Shown piece by piece: positions 25,814-39,214 of a stretch of DNA of 64,000 bases (positions within the stretch are counted from its first letter, which is position 1; every line of letters starts with the position of its first letter). The notes under the pieces were generated by a model. That model did no database searches. It was not told the origin of the DNA and was given only the letters and a program-made list of their open reading frames with translations. The translations under genes and the position numbers were made by a program. The stretch is from Octopus sinensis (Eukaryota): contig NW_021836140.1 in the NCBI RefSeq assembly GCF_006345805.1, forward strand, positions 1 to 64,000, given 5' to 3'.

Positions 25814-26197
25814 TGGAAGCACTCCGTCGGTTACGACGACGAGGGTTCCGGTTGATCCGAATCAACGGAACAGCCTGCTCGTGAAATTAACGTGTAAGTG
25901 GCTGAGCACTCCACAGACACGTGTACCCTTAACGTAGTTCTCGGGGATATTCAGCGTGACACAGAGAGTGACAAGGCCGCCCTTTGAAATACAGGTACGA
26001 CAGAAACAGGAAGTAAGAGTGAGAGAAAGTTGTGGTGAAAGAGTACAGCAGGGATCACCACCATCCCCTGCCGTAGCCTCGTGGAACTTTTAGGTGTTTT
26101 CGCTCAATAAACACTCACAATGACCGGTCTGGGAATCGAAACCGCGATCCTATGACCGCGAGTCCGCTGCCCTAACCACTAGGCCATTGCGCCTTCA
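25814..26197 (-). mobile_element. tRNA-derived SINE family C with TSD
   Basis: Reverse complement of 55129-55512; TSD aggtgtggaat at 25797-25807 and 26200-26210. Confidence 0.92.
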
Positions 26198-26650
26198 CAA
26201 GGTGTGGAATATGAATAGATGTACAGTGTTCGGGTTAAATACGACATGATTTATCTTTCCTTTTTTTTTTCGAGAACAGTTTGATGTATTATATGATAGT
26301 CAGCATCGTTGGAGTGCATAAAGGTTAAAGTTGTAGTTGAGAATAAGTAAGCTGATATGGAGGACTGGAAATTCCTGTTACTCTGGAATTTCTATGACTT
26401 GCCGCTGCTTCTTCGGCTAAACAAGTGTTTGTTAAATTACTAGAATCCAAGTTTGTATTGAGTACACACTCTCTAGATCGTTAACTAACAACGGGTAGGT
26501 GTATGTATGTATGTTCACACACACACAAACACATTTATATATCCATTCATATATACATATATACATACATACATGTATATATATTTAAAAAAATTTTTAC
26601 TACCAGTGGCCTAGCGTATAGAAAAATTAGTCAATAGACTATATACTATT

Positions 26651-26745
26651 CATATAAAATACAGTGTACATTTAAACACCTTGAGCTAGCGTAAGGGAGT
26701 CCTATGATGGAAACCTCTTAATGTGTTTAAATGTACACTGCATTT

Positions 26746-26751
<6 letters not shown>
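26651..26751. repeat. Hairpin with 29-bp arms (2 mismatches) and a 43-nt spacer between (TA)-rich tracts
   Basis: catataaaatacagtgtacatttaaacac ... gtgtttaaatgtacactgcattttacatg. Confidence 0.85.
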
Positions 26752-26828
<77 letters not shown>

Positions 26829-27018
26829 TTATACACTCATATGCACATATATATATATATACATATGTATGTGTGCATGTAAGTATGTATATATATATAT
26901 ATATATCACGGTGACCGAGCAGGCTATCAGATGTTGCTTGCTACACATCGCTGGTCACAATGCGCTTCGCATTGTATTAGCCTTCAAATGACGCCATCCC
27001 GCTGGCTAAGCGAGCAGG

Positions 27019-27075
<57 letters not shown>

Positions 27076-27175
27076 ATACCTACATTTATGCACTCATATG
27101 CACATATATATATGTACATATGGATGTACGTATGCATGCATGTATGTATATATATATAAGCATATATATGCATAC

Positions 27176-27225
<50 letters not shown>

Positions 27226-27906
27226 ACATACATACACACGCATATATATATATGTCCGTTAAATCACTCGACGCAAGACAACATAATTATCACATTTTAA
27301 GCTAAAATTATATAATTTTCCCTGAACAGTGTATTTGCAGCCGGGCATCTGTATTTTTATCCACTCTATATCATTAATTATATTCCTGGTTTGCTTAGAT
27401 TGACCTTCTTGGTTGGCAATTTACCATTGAAATATTTCGGTACCTTGAATATATATCTACTCCGGGAACTCTTCATACATTTCATTAGACCCATCAACAA
27501 TATCATTAGTTTCCCTACCAATAGGTTTACTTGGTATAATTGCTTATAACTAAATAGAAAATCTATGTGAACTGTTTCATTTCATTCGTCAGTAAGTTCT
27601 TAATTTTCTCTTTCTTCGGTCATTCTCTTCGTTTTCTTTTTGTTTTTCCCCCCTCTTCTTTGTTTTTGGCATCTATTTCAAAAAAAATAAAATCTTTAAT
27701 GGTTTTATTTTCAACTTGTTTTAAACAAACAACCTCATAACTGTGCCCCTCCCCCCCGCAACTCATCCCGGATCTGATGCACCTGTTTGTCTGTGAAAAT
27801 GGCTGAGTTCACTTGTTTGTGTTTAGACTTTAGGACGCCATAGCTTGTATCTTGTGTCTGTGCTGATGTAGTGAGTTCTTTGTACTCGCAATCCTCTTCT
27901 TACTTT

Positions 27907-27907
<1 letters not shown>

Positions 27908-27940
<33 letters not shown>

Positions 27941-27986
27941 GCATCATCATCATCATCATCATCGTTGTCCGTTTTCGTCGTCATCG

Positions 27987-28019
<33 letters not shown>

Positions 28020-28046
28020 ACATCATCATCATCCTCATCATCATCG

Positions 28047-28078
<32 letters not shown>

Positions 28079-28101
28079 GTTGTCCGTTTTCGTCGTCATC
28101 G

Positions 28102-28139
<38 letters not shown>

Positions 28140-28149
28140 GTCATCATCG

Positions 28150-28181
<32 letters not shown>

Positions 28182-28748
28182 GTTGTCCATTTCGTCACCA
28201 TTGTCATCATCATCATCATCATCATCATCATCGTTGTCCGCTGTCCGTTGTCGTCGTCATCATCATCGTCATCGTCACCATCGTCATCAACATTGTCGTC
28301 ATCATTGCAATATTTATCGCCACCTATAACGTCATCATCAACACGGTCGTCATCATCATCTCTGTTACCACTTCTACATCACTACCACCACTACCACCAC
28401 CACCACCACCACCTCCACCAGCCACATCATTACCACCGTGGCTATCATCATAATCGTCATCATCATCATCATCATCATCATCATCTATTTCTTTTTCTCT
28501 ACCACCACCACCATCATCACCATGACCACCACCTTTTTCATCATCTTTCATCCACTTCACTACCGCATTCTTCATCACCACCTCTGCCGACATGATCACC
28601 ACAATGCCAACCATCATCATCACTTATATCACCAATACCTATCACCACCACTTCCTCCATCCTATTACTACCACCGTGTCCATCATCGGAATATCAACGT
28701 CGTCGTCGTCCTCCTCCTCCTTATTATCTTCATCATCTCTTCATCATG
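27908..28748. repeat. (CAT)n/(CAC)n low-complexity array with ~100-115-bp higher-order units
   Basis: tcgttgtcc interruption recurs at ~27962, ~28077, ~28180 and ~28231. Confidence 0.95.
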
Positions 28749-28850
28749 AATGAATGAAACCTTAATTACTAAGGAAATTCCTAATTCTATTTCTGAGGTT
28801 TTTGCGAAATTTGACGAAATAAAAAAACCAATTGTCAATAATGTAAACTA

Positions 28851-29721
28851 TTAGGTCATCCCATAAGTTCTGTCCGAATTTTGAATAAAGAAAACAAGTG
28901 ATCAAATGTTATATTTAATTGAAATTTAATCCCCAATGTACTTTCCCTGATTATCTATGACTTCCTTCCATCTATTTACAAGCTTTTTAATCCCATCAAT
29001 GTAAAACTCTTTTGGTTTCAAAGCGAAGAACTCAGAAATGTCAGTTTCGACCTCCTCCTGGCTTGCGAAAGTTATGTCCCCCAAATAATTTTGTAAACTC
29101 TGAAGGAGCAAGGTCGGAAGAATAAGGTGAATGAGGAATTTTTTCCCAACCAAGCTCTTCGATCTTCTGTGATGTGATCTTTGCACTGTGGGGTCTCGCA
29201 TTGTCCTGATGAAACATCACTCCTTTTCGATTCACTAAACCGAGTCTTTTTTACTTCAAAGCTTTGAACTAAGCTTTATTGCCAATTCTTCAACTGATAA
29301 TGCAGGATTTTCTTCAAGTAATGCCTCAAGAAGCTTATCACTAAACTCAACTGGGCGTCCTGTTTGAACTTCATCTTCAAGGCTGAAATCTCCACTTCTG
29401 AATTTTGCAAACCATCTTTTGCAAGTTCTTTCATTCAAGCATTCTTTCCAATAAACTGAGTGTATATTTTGAGTCGCTTCGGCTGCAGGGTTTCCTTTTT
29501 TGTACTCATAGAGCATTATGTGCCTTAAATGCTCTTTGGATACTTCCATGTTGGAAAATCAAAGAAATTCTAATTCTATTATTCTGTAAAATAATACTTA
29601 ATTTAAATGTACCCAAATGCATAAAAATAATTTTTAGTTCCATTAGACATTCTATAATGCTATTAAATTTCATTCAATTTTAAAAAAGGTAAAATCGGAC
29701 AGAACTTATGGGATGATCTGA
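28851..29721 (-). mobile_element. Internally deleted mariner transposon with TIRs and TA TSD
   Basis: TIR ttaggtcatcccataagttctgtccg and its near-perfect reverse complement; TA on both sides. Confidence 0.95.
28926..29549 (-). pseudogene. Mariner transposase pseudogene (HTH joined to C-terminal catalytic part; middle deleted)
   Basis: MEVSKEHLRHIMLYEYKKG...WFAKFRSGDFSLED..GRP; FHQDNARPH; PHSPYSSDLAPS; GIKKLVNRWKEVIDNQGKY. WVPH region and first catalytic Asp absent. Confidence 0.93.
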
Positions 29722-31861
29722 TATACGGTAATTTAGTCTTCTAAATCATTATCTTTAAAAGACAATATATTGGACAAGTTATAGCAAACAGAACGGCGCT
29801 TGACATTGTTTCTATAGTATGAAAGGCCCTTCTTATAATTTCAAGCAAAATACCTGCGTATTTATCTGAGTTAGATGGAAATTGATAAAGAGCATGTTCT
29901 AATTCAGAAAAGTTTGCTTTAATCAAAATCTGGCAGAATTTAACTTATTTCATTTGTCCTCTTCCTTCTGTTATATTAGAGTAAGCCTTTTTTTATTTTA
30001 TTAAAATCTAAAGCTTAATAAGTATAAAATATTGGTGAACAATTTCGGCAAAAAGTATATATTGACAAATATGATGCTATAAGGATTCATACCTACGCAT
30101 ATATCGCCATCAATTCAGTAACTGTTATCATATTCGTATGGCTTGAACAACACAGAACAATAGCGGTATAGATAGAGGCAAACTATCCATCCTCCTTAAC
30201 ATAATCCTCCACAGAGTTGTTTTGTGCTGTCACTATCACCAGCATCACTAACAACAACAACAATAACAAAGCAACAAAGGCAAGGATAACAACTGTTTAG
30301 AAAATATCTTTGTAATTCTTTATTGTTTTTTTTTTACGTTTTTGGGGATATGGCTTACATGTCTGTAAAGAAGTATTCAACAGATAATGGCAGTTTTGCT
30401 ATTCATTGTGAATAGGTAGGACATATCTTTGTAAGTGCTCACATTGCTTTATTCCTAAATATAGTAGGCCACAAGTGCTTACTGCTGCAGCAAAATCGGA
30501 AGCTCTCTTGTCTATATAGATCTGAGATAATTTTCATATTGCCTGATTTCAGTTTCACAAAGGCAGATGGCAATGTCTCTCGATTGACATCATTTAACAT
30601 ATAATGGTGCATAACAAACAATCAAGCAAGGAAACAAAAATAACAATCTAAATAATGATAAAGATATTGGAATTGATTGAATCAATATGGCTTACTGTCA
30701 AAAAATGTCATTAAGGAAATATTTAATGTTAGAAAGGTTTTTTATTACGCTCCCAAAATTCAACAAAGAAGACAAGTATTTCAGTTTGCTACTGGTAGTA
30801 TGGAATGAAGCTTTTAAGTAAATCGTTACGCATTACGAATTAAAAAATATTGTGTGTAGTTAATTCTAAAACTGTATTTAAAAGGGTGTTGCTGCTCTGC
30901 GACAGCAAACACTTATCTTTAAATTATATATTCGCACACTTGCATACAAGCATGTAGTTTGTGTAGGATGAGTTACTGCTATTAGAGTGTAGAAGATATA
31001 TTAGCAATTCAGATACACGCAAAAGCTATTAACGTCATTTAATAATTTATTTAGTTCGTCGTATTATCTGCCACCTTGTCACTGACAGTTTCACAGCAAC
31101 TGGTCTGAAACAAGTTTGTTGGCCAGTATATATAGGCCTCAAAGTTTAAAAAATACCGTTTTTCTCACCTGTATAGGTCTGTCATTCTGTTTGTCATTGC
31201 CTAATGTTCATTGCAGGTAGTTCATTTGAATTTTTGGTTGAAGTTTAAGTTTGTGGTATGTATACTCTCTTCTTTTCTTCTCCCAGTGCGGCACTTATTT
31301 CAGTGTGCTGTTGTATAGCTGAATCATAACTTAATGACTTTAAAGAGAATTTATCAGCCCATCACGGAAGAGAATAACTGTAGGAATGGTAGTAGTATTA
31401 GCAATACGTGTCAAAGTAACTTTGTGGCATGTATCATAAACTCACATATCAGCTACAAAGTCTGAAATATTGTATTCTGGATACGATGCCTGGAAGAAAC
31501 ATATACAGACTTCTCAAGATGCTACGTAGATGAAGTTTCCCGGAGGATTAACGAAAGAGTCAGCAGGTACTGGAACGGCAAAGACGAAGAAAGATCTAAT
31601 TCCGTTTTCTCCCAACTCGTATTAGATTGTCATAATGGCTCCATAAGAAACTTAATTTAGATATTTTAACTATTCGTACGTCTGATACTTTATTAAGGCA
31701 GGTCACAGAGTCCGTCTACATACCAGTGTGTAAGTCTAACTTCTTCCACCAGTCCGAATGTGGTGACATCAGTACACTTCACGTAAGCGGTCTTCAGTTC
31801 TCATCCGTTATAAAAGATATGTTGCCAGAGACTCTCAATGGTTTACTGTTATACTGTTATA

Positions 31862-32230
31862 TGACGCAGACATGGTGGTAAGAAGTTTGCTTCCTCAAGA
31901 AAATGATTGGGTTCAGTTCCATACATGGCACCTTGGGCAAGTATCTTCTACAACAGCCTTGAACTGACTAAAGCCTTAATGAAACTAAACGAAGCTCGTC
32001 GTACATATATATGCGTATGTGTGTGTTTGTATCTGTATTCGACCCTTGCCACCGCTAGACAACCGGTGTTGCTGTGTTTATGTAGCCGTAACTTAGCGGC
32101 TCGGCAAAAGTGACCGACAGAATAAGAATTAGGCTTAAAAAATAAGTACTGGGGTTGATTCAGTCGACTAAAAATGCTTCAAGGCGGTGCCCCAGCATGG
32201 CCACAGCCTAATGACTGAAACATGTAAAAG
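31862..32230 (+). mobile_element. SINE family B (diverged)
   Basis: gggttcagttcc...ccttgggcaagt...aataagtactggggttgat...ccagcatggcc. Confidence 0.8.
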
Positions 32231-34019
32231 ATAATATTTGTATATGCACAAACACGGGCACACACACACACACACATACACGCATATGTACAAATATACA
32301 TATATACATATGCATACATATGAAATAATGTGTGCCCTAGTAATTAATGTGAAGTATTCATTATCGTAAGGTCGTGAGTTTCCATTCATGGACCAGGCGG
32401 TGCGTGTGTCCTTGAGCAAAGAATATAATTTATTTGTATGTGTATATATATATGTGTGTGTGTGTGTGTATGTGTGTGCGTGTGTGTCTGTGTGCGTGTG
32501 TGTCTGTGTGTGTGTGTATGGCGGGGAGCCAATACACTTTTCTCAAATGACCGAATCCACCTAGGTACTTCAGGGTTGTAAACTGTGTAAGTTTGCATGT
32601 ATAAATAGGCTTATGGGTACATATACACGTGTGTGATTAGCCTTATAGATTGAACATTCGAATACTGTTCACCGATCATATATTTCTTATCAATTGTACA
32701 TTGATCTTAGTTTAGCAATATAGATTATTATGTTCAGGAGGAGTACTACGTTCAATTTTTAAATGAGTGAAAGTTTTGAATTGAGTGTAAAATTTAAAAC
32801 CATTTCAACATTTTGTTTTTGGTTGAAGTAATCATTTATCTTTTTTATGTTCTCGTGCATAAGAAGCTCGTCTTACAACCACGATTCCTTGCGTTACACC
32901 TTGTGCAAGAGTTTTCTAACCTCGGGTTGACCCGTGCCCTGAGAATGGAATTTGATAAGTGCAATTTGAAAGTCAGCATAAAATTAACTCATACTGAATT
33001 TCATGATTCAATACATAATAAATAGCTGATTAACTTAAATCAATTATTCATATTAAATTATTCATACATGCAATTTTTATCACAATTTTTTTCCTGATTT
33101 AATGATGAAAATGATAAAGATGAGGAGACGAAGAATAATATTCTACAACTATTACTACTTCCGCTATTTACATTTAAGTGCAGAATTTTTTCAGCTGTTA
33201 GCCATAACGCATAAGTGTGAAAATTTATTTTTTCAGTGCCATTACTAACTTTCATGAGAGTTCTGCTGCCGTTTCAACTTATAAGAATTTATTTAACTAA
33301 TGATAATTTGAATAAGAGCTAACGCTATTTCCAGTCCGCAGCTGCAACTGACCGTGTTAAAGGAAACTCATCACTTTATATAAGTCATCCTATTTGCACC
33401 TTCTATTAAAAATGTTTGAGCAGCTTTACCAATCTATAGCCCGTTCTTTGTCACTGTTTCTATGATTGACAGGTACACTTTTCTGGAGGTCAGACTGTCA
33501 TAAGAAATAACCAGTGATGAAATGCTTTAGACGGCACCACTGTTCCCTTGCTGGTATCTTTAGAAACTCCATATTTCAGATTCGAATATATTCAACGAAG
33601 ACAAAAACGCCAACGAATTATAAAGGATATATTATCTGGATAATTTAATCTGTCCTAATCCAATTATCGGTAACTATGAAAAATTACTTGACACTTGTGA
33701 AATGGTTAGTTATTCTAAAGGAAGTAAATGTTTCAATTCAAAATTCATAGGAGTTTCGGATAAGTTTAATTATTGGGAGACACGTAGAACCTAATGTTTT
33801 GTGTTTGGCCCTTCATCTGCAAGTGAGCACCAGAATGGAGTAAGGAGTAAGGCTTAGAGAGAGAGAGGTCATGTGAGAGAATCAGTTATGTTAGGGACGA
33901 TGTGAATTAAATGAGTTGGAGAGCAAAAGATTAGAGAGGGTAAGTAGAAAGAACCAGAGCCACGAATACGACAAAATGAAAGGTGAGAAGTTCAAATAAA
34001 CGGCGAAGTCGCGAAAAAT

Positions 34020-34023
<4 letters not shown>

Positions 34024-34093
<70 letters not shown>
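34024..34093. repeat. (AG)n microsatellite
   Basis: Visible directly. Confidence 0.97.
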
Positions 34094-34098
<5 letters not shown>

Positions 34099-34323
34099 AA
34101 GGTTTCTTTTCATCCAGCGACTATGTACAAGATCCTTCATCATCTCGTTTATCATACTTACTATACTGCTTCCAGGAATAGCTTTGTTATTCAATAAATT
34201 TTCGGGATGAAATTAGCGAATAAGTAAACTACCAGCATGGAAGACACATTAAAGTTTATACTGCATGCCAAATAAAACCTAGGTGTGTATACATTATGCA
34301 TGCATATGTGCCTAATTATGCAC

Positions 34324-34420
<97 letters not shown>

Positions 34421-34421
<1 letters not shown>

Positions 34422-34988
34422 TAATACTTCAAATATACCGTAAATGGTCCTTTTACATACCGAATACTGCTTGGTCGAATTGATTAACAATTAATTAATT
34501 CTACCCTTTTTTACTGACAATATAATGATTTCTCTCCAAGAATTTGAACTACAGTTTTCGCCTCTGTAGAAATGCACTACTCTATGACTCACGTGGGTGG
34601 ACAGGGAGAATAATAGATCTCATTTGTATTTTTGGATTCGCTAGTACTGGGTGTCCAGCATAGTTTGTCCGATGTTACAGATATCGGATGGGTATGTTTG
34701 GTTCTTAGTATTTTCAAATCCAAATCAGAAGAAATCTCTGAGCTGATGAAGGAAAAGTGGCGTTTAACCCACGAATCCAGAAACAGGCTGTTCTCGGGTA
34801 TCTTATATGGATGTGATCTTTCATTGTTTTTCCCTTATACCTATGTGAGTTATTTTCTGAGTATGCATTGTCTGGAGACTTTTACTTGCAGTTGAAGAAA
34901 TAGCCAAATTTTTGGCTGCTATTTCTGAAAAGTTCGGTGTGCGGTAAAGTGATTTTTTTTACTTTACCATATTTTTATAAATTAATAC
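34421..34988 (+). mobile_element. Single ~568-bp unit related to the 593-bp family, with hammerhead, between (TA)n tracts
   Basis: Start block cttttacataccgaatactgcttgg...aattaattaatt and end block agaaatagc..gctatttct..ttcggtgtg are homologous to the minus strand of the 593-bp unit; begins and ends with ttaatac. Confidence 0.8.
34737..34798 (+). ncRNA. Type I hammerhead ribozyme motif (GUU site)
   Basis: TCTGAG-CTGATGA-A-GGA(AAA)GTGG..CCAC(GAA)TCC-A-GAAA-CAG(G)CTG-TT-CTCGGG. Confidence 0.82.
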
Positions 34989-34997
34989 TATATATAT

Positions 34998-34998
<1 letters not shown>

Positions 34999-35082
<84 letters not shown>
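34999..35082. repeat. (GATA)n microsatellite
   Basis: Visible directly. Confidence 0.97.
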
Positions 35083-35084
<2 letters not shown>

Positions 35085-35240
35085 TACGGGTGTGTGTGAT
35101 TGTGTATAGAAGAATATATTAATAAAAGGAATTCGAACCTTGTCTGATTTTCACGTTTTATTTACAATCTTATAATGATATAATATAAGATAATATAATA
35201 TAATAAAATAAAATATAGAATGCTAAATGTTCATTCTGAT

Positions 35241-35285
35241 TGAACTAGTACTTTCATGCATTAAATTCTGCAATCTTCAGGTTCA
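35241..35285 (-). ncRNA. Minimal type I hammerhead motif (CUA site)
   Basis: Minus strand TGAAC-CTGAAGA-T-TGCA(GAATTTAA)TGCA-T-GAAA-GTAC-TA-GTTCA; 5-bp stem I, palindromic AGTACT stem III. Confidence 0.8.
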
Positions 35286-35347
35286 TGTAGTAGTGGTGAC
35301 AGTCATGCTTCACAATTTTTGACTGTATATATATGACTATATATATA

Positions 35348-35428
35348 TGAGGAGCAGAAGTGTAGTCTATAAATGCTTATCAATATAGGATTCCATTATA
35401 GGGACAACACTTCTGCGAAACGATCGTG
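35348..35428 (+). ncRNA. 5'-truncated hammerhead remnant
   Basis: (TA)n, then TGAGGA-GCAGAAGTGT...ACACTTCTGC-GAAA-CGATCG-TG; perfect 10-bp stem II and palindromic stem III, but C3 and the stem I 5' arm are lost and position 17 is G. Confidence 0.6.
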
Positions 35429-37245
35429 AGATGCTTTAAAAATTTAATTCGAAACTTTTAAATTGCCATATGTATTATTATATATTATATATTCATACTT
35501 ATACATATTTACATATAATTTTATATATATTTATATTTTTAATACAACAATTATTCTACACACGTATATATCTGTCGGAAGAATTCTCTGATATTGATTT
35601 CCTGATATTAAGAATATATTATATGGTATATATATATATATATAATGTACATACGCAATACACATATATATAACACATGTATGCCTTTACGAATAATAAG
35701 AGAGCACCTACAGTTGACCTGACAGAAATAGAAGAAAAGAAGGACACAAAGAATGTTTTCCGAAATGCATTCTTGGAAAAATACGAAATGGTTATAGATG
35801 GGACGCTTTAATCATAAGTCATCTGGATCAGGTCTGACCAGCAACTAAACAATACAATAACGATGCATATTCTGTAAGGCGTGTGTCATTTTCTAGTAAT
35901 ATGGGCTTCAAAACAGAATTACTTTCAATTACTAATTGTAATATACAAAAAAACGTAAGTGACGTAGTCGAATACTCCAAAATTATTGGCATGATTCTTC
36001 TTTAACTTATCACGTTTCTAACTCAAAACCTATTACACTAGTACAGTCAGACTTTGTTATTATCATTGTTGAAACTGATGAATATTTGTCTTACCTGAGA
36101 GTAACTGAGATCTCTGCAGATTCATGATCAACTGAAACTTCAGTTTATACAATAGATCCTCAACGCTTCTTTATTTTTCAACAGTATCTTAACTTTAATT
36201 ATTTTCTGTTTGCTCTGGTTTCATAATGCCTGAATACTTCCCTTTCTAGTTTACATAATACTCTATTTGATACGACTAAGATATATCACTTCAATGTTCA
36301 TTGTATTTATTTTTGTTTTCAACAATAAAACTTCAAAGAATTGTTACAGAGCTAATCATCAGTCATTTAATCCCTGGTTTACTTTAATGATATCTTTTCG
36401 TTTTTAAACACTATTATTCGCTGAATCTCTCATCAGATTTTATTTTATCTAAGATATGTTTCCTGCAGCTTGTGTGAACTTTAAAGGACATGTATAGATT
36501 CTGGAAGCCAGAAACTTCCTTATTAACTTACCTTTGTTTGATATAATGTGTACAATTTTCTTGTCAGAATTATCTAGTAATCCATATTATATAATTTCTA
36601 TAATACTCTTAACTGCAAGATTTATTCAAAATCTAATTCAGGAGAAAACAAACAGTTTTACAAATTTTAATCCGTCGTTGCTTAGACTCCAAATTACTTT
36701 ACTACTAAATTAATAACGCGATACGAAACTGAAAAGTGAGATAATTCTATACTTTAATTTTAAATATTTCACTTTCTTCAAGTTAAATTTCAAATTTCAT
36801 GTCGGAGTAGGTGACGGATGGAAGCTCTTTTTCTAGCGTTAATTCTATTCCACAAAGTCTTCGATTTACGCCTTTCGTTTGGTGAATCTTAAAAACAATT
36901 CCACACCAGCAGACCTTTTTTTATATTTATCATTCTTATATTTATTCCTCAATCCTTTCCTGTATGCAGTCGTGGAAGCTTTTTTCATAGAATTTATGGA
37001 ATTGAAGATGAGCGATACTTTTACTTACAGTAAGGAGTTTTTAGGAAGTGATTCTGCTGCTCCTTTTTTGATCTCTTCCAGGATGTTACTCTGTAGTATT
37101 TGTAAGTGAATCATATATCTCCATCTTTAGTTTCGTTTTGGATCTGTGCTTGTGGTGGCTCAATCTTGGCACGTACTTTTTCAGCAGCATAATCTCATTG
37201 AACTTGATGTTTTTCATCTTCTGTTCTTAAAATTATTATTATTAA

Positions 37246-37289
<44 letters not shown>

Positions 37290-37307
37290 TATTATTATTA
37301 TTATTAT

Positions 37308-37800
37308 TGAGTGAGAGAGCAGTGCATGCCATCAAAGTGACACTGGGGTAAAATATACGAAGCCCAGTATACCCATCATGACTACCCGTCTGATAAGGGT
37401 ACTCTAGGCACATGCATCACAACCATATGTGCACGACATGGTGATCTCATATCAAGATAAACAGCACATGACCTTGCAGGTGGGGCCCAGTTAGAATTTT
37501 CTTCTGGTCGAGTAACTCATCCCGCTCAAAACGTCCCTGAATAAGGGTTGTTTAAGTATGTTGAACGAAAAACCCATTTTTCGAGAGGCGAATTATTCAA
37601 ACCCCAAAGCATCCCTCTCAATACATGGCTGTGATGCTCCCCCACTATTTCTGATCGTGATCAGAGATGCACATATCGCCAGCCACTAAGGAACATGCAA
37701 ATCTGTAGTATTGAGCAGAATATTTGCTCTAGCCCATCTTTTATACCAAGACAAAACAATGTACATGATAACACTTCCAATCAGTTAAGATCAGAAGCCA
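37308..37800 (-). mobile_element. Unclassified retroposon-like repeat with (AAT)n tail
   Basis: GC-richer 490-bp block bounded by (ATT)n tracts; no coding motif recognised. Confidence 0.4.
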
Positions 37801-38022
<222 letters not shown>

Positions 38023-38454
38023 GTGGCACTGGGCAAAATACATAGCTGCATTTCAGCCGTCTTTACATTCTGAGTTCAAATTCCACCAAAGTTGACTTGC
38101 CTTTCATCTTTTGGGGTTGATAAAATTAGCACCATTGAAGACTGGGATCGACTAACTCCCTTCCTCAACATTTCAGGCCTTATACCTTATAGTAGATAAT
38201 ATTATTACTAATACTTATAACAATGATGCATAGTCACAAATTTTAAGGGAAGAGTGCAGTCAACTGACCGAACCAGTATTTCGCTTCTACTTGATCATAT
38301 TGAGAGATGATTGGTAAATCCACTTCCAGTGAGATTTCAATTTAGAAGATAATGAACATGTCTACTGCACAATATTTTATCTAGTGCTCTATCAATTCTC
38401 CATTCTACCTTCCTTGTGATAATAATATTTATTTCTTATAAGAACATTATATCT

Positions 38455-38637
38455 CTTTTACTTGTTTCAGTCACGTGACTATGGCCATGCTGGAGTACCG
38501 CCTTTAGTCAAGCAAATCGACCCCAGGACTTGTTCTTTGTAAGCCTATTGGTTTATTTTGCCAAACCGCTAAGTTACGGAGACGTAAACACATCAGCATC
38601 GGTTGTCAAGCAATGTTGGGTAGACAAACACAGATAT

Positions 38638-38696
<59 letters not shown>

Positions 38697-39192
38697 CGCA
38701 GGAGTGGCTGTGTGGTAAGTATCTTGCTAACCAACCACATGGTTCCGGGTTCAGTCCCACTGCGTGGCATCTTGGGCAAGTGTCTTCTGCTATAGCCCCG
38801 GGCCGACCAATGCCTTGTGAGTGGATTTGGTAGACGGAAATTGAAAGAAGCCTGTCGTATATAAGTATATATATGTGTGTATGTGTGTGTGTTTGTCCCC
38901 CTAGCATTGCTTGACAACCGGTGCTGGGGTGTTTACGTCCCCGTCACTTAGCGGTTCGGCAAAAGAGACCGATAAAATAAGTACTGGGCTTACAAAGAAT
39001 AAGTCCCGGGGTCGATTTGCTCGACTAAAGGCCGCAGTCAAATGACTGAAACAAGTAAAAGAGAGTAAAGAGTTTATACATGTATACGACGGACCTCTTT
39101 CAGTTTCCGTCTACCAAATCCACTCACGAGGCTTTGGTCGACCCGAGGCTTTGGTAAGCAAGCTACTTACCACACAGTCACTCCTACGCCTA
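38455..39192 (-). mobile_element. SINE family B (minus) with an opposite-orientation family B copy nested in its (TA)n
   Basis: Host 3' half at 38455-38640 and 5' part at ~39085-39192; nested plus-strand copy at 38693-39062. Confidence 0.88.
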
Positions 39193-39214
39193 TGTGCAAT
39201 TATTCTTTTTTTTC

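Noticed and set aside
27720-27900. ~60-codon open stretch on the minus strand followed by AATAAA, a possible terminal exon
   Set aside because: No polypyrimidine acceptor upstream (it abuts a GAT microsatellite) and no recognisable protein similarity.
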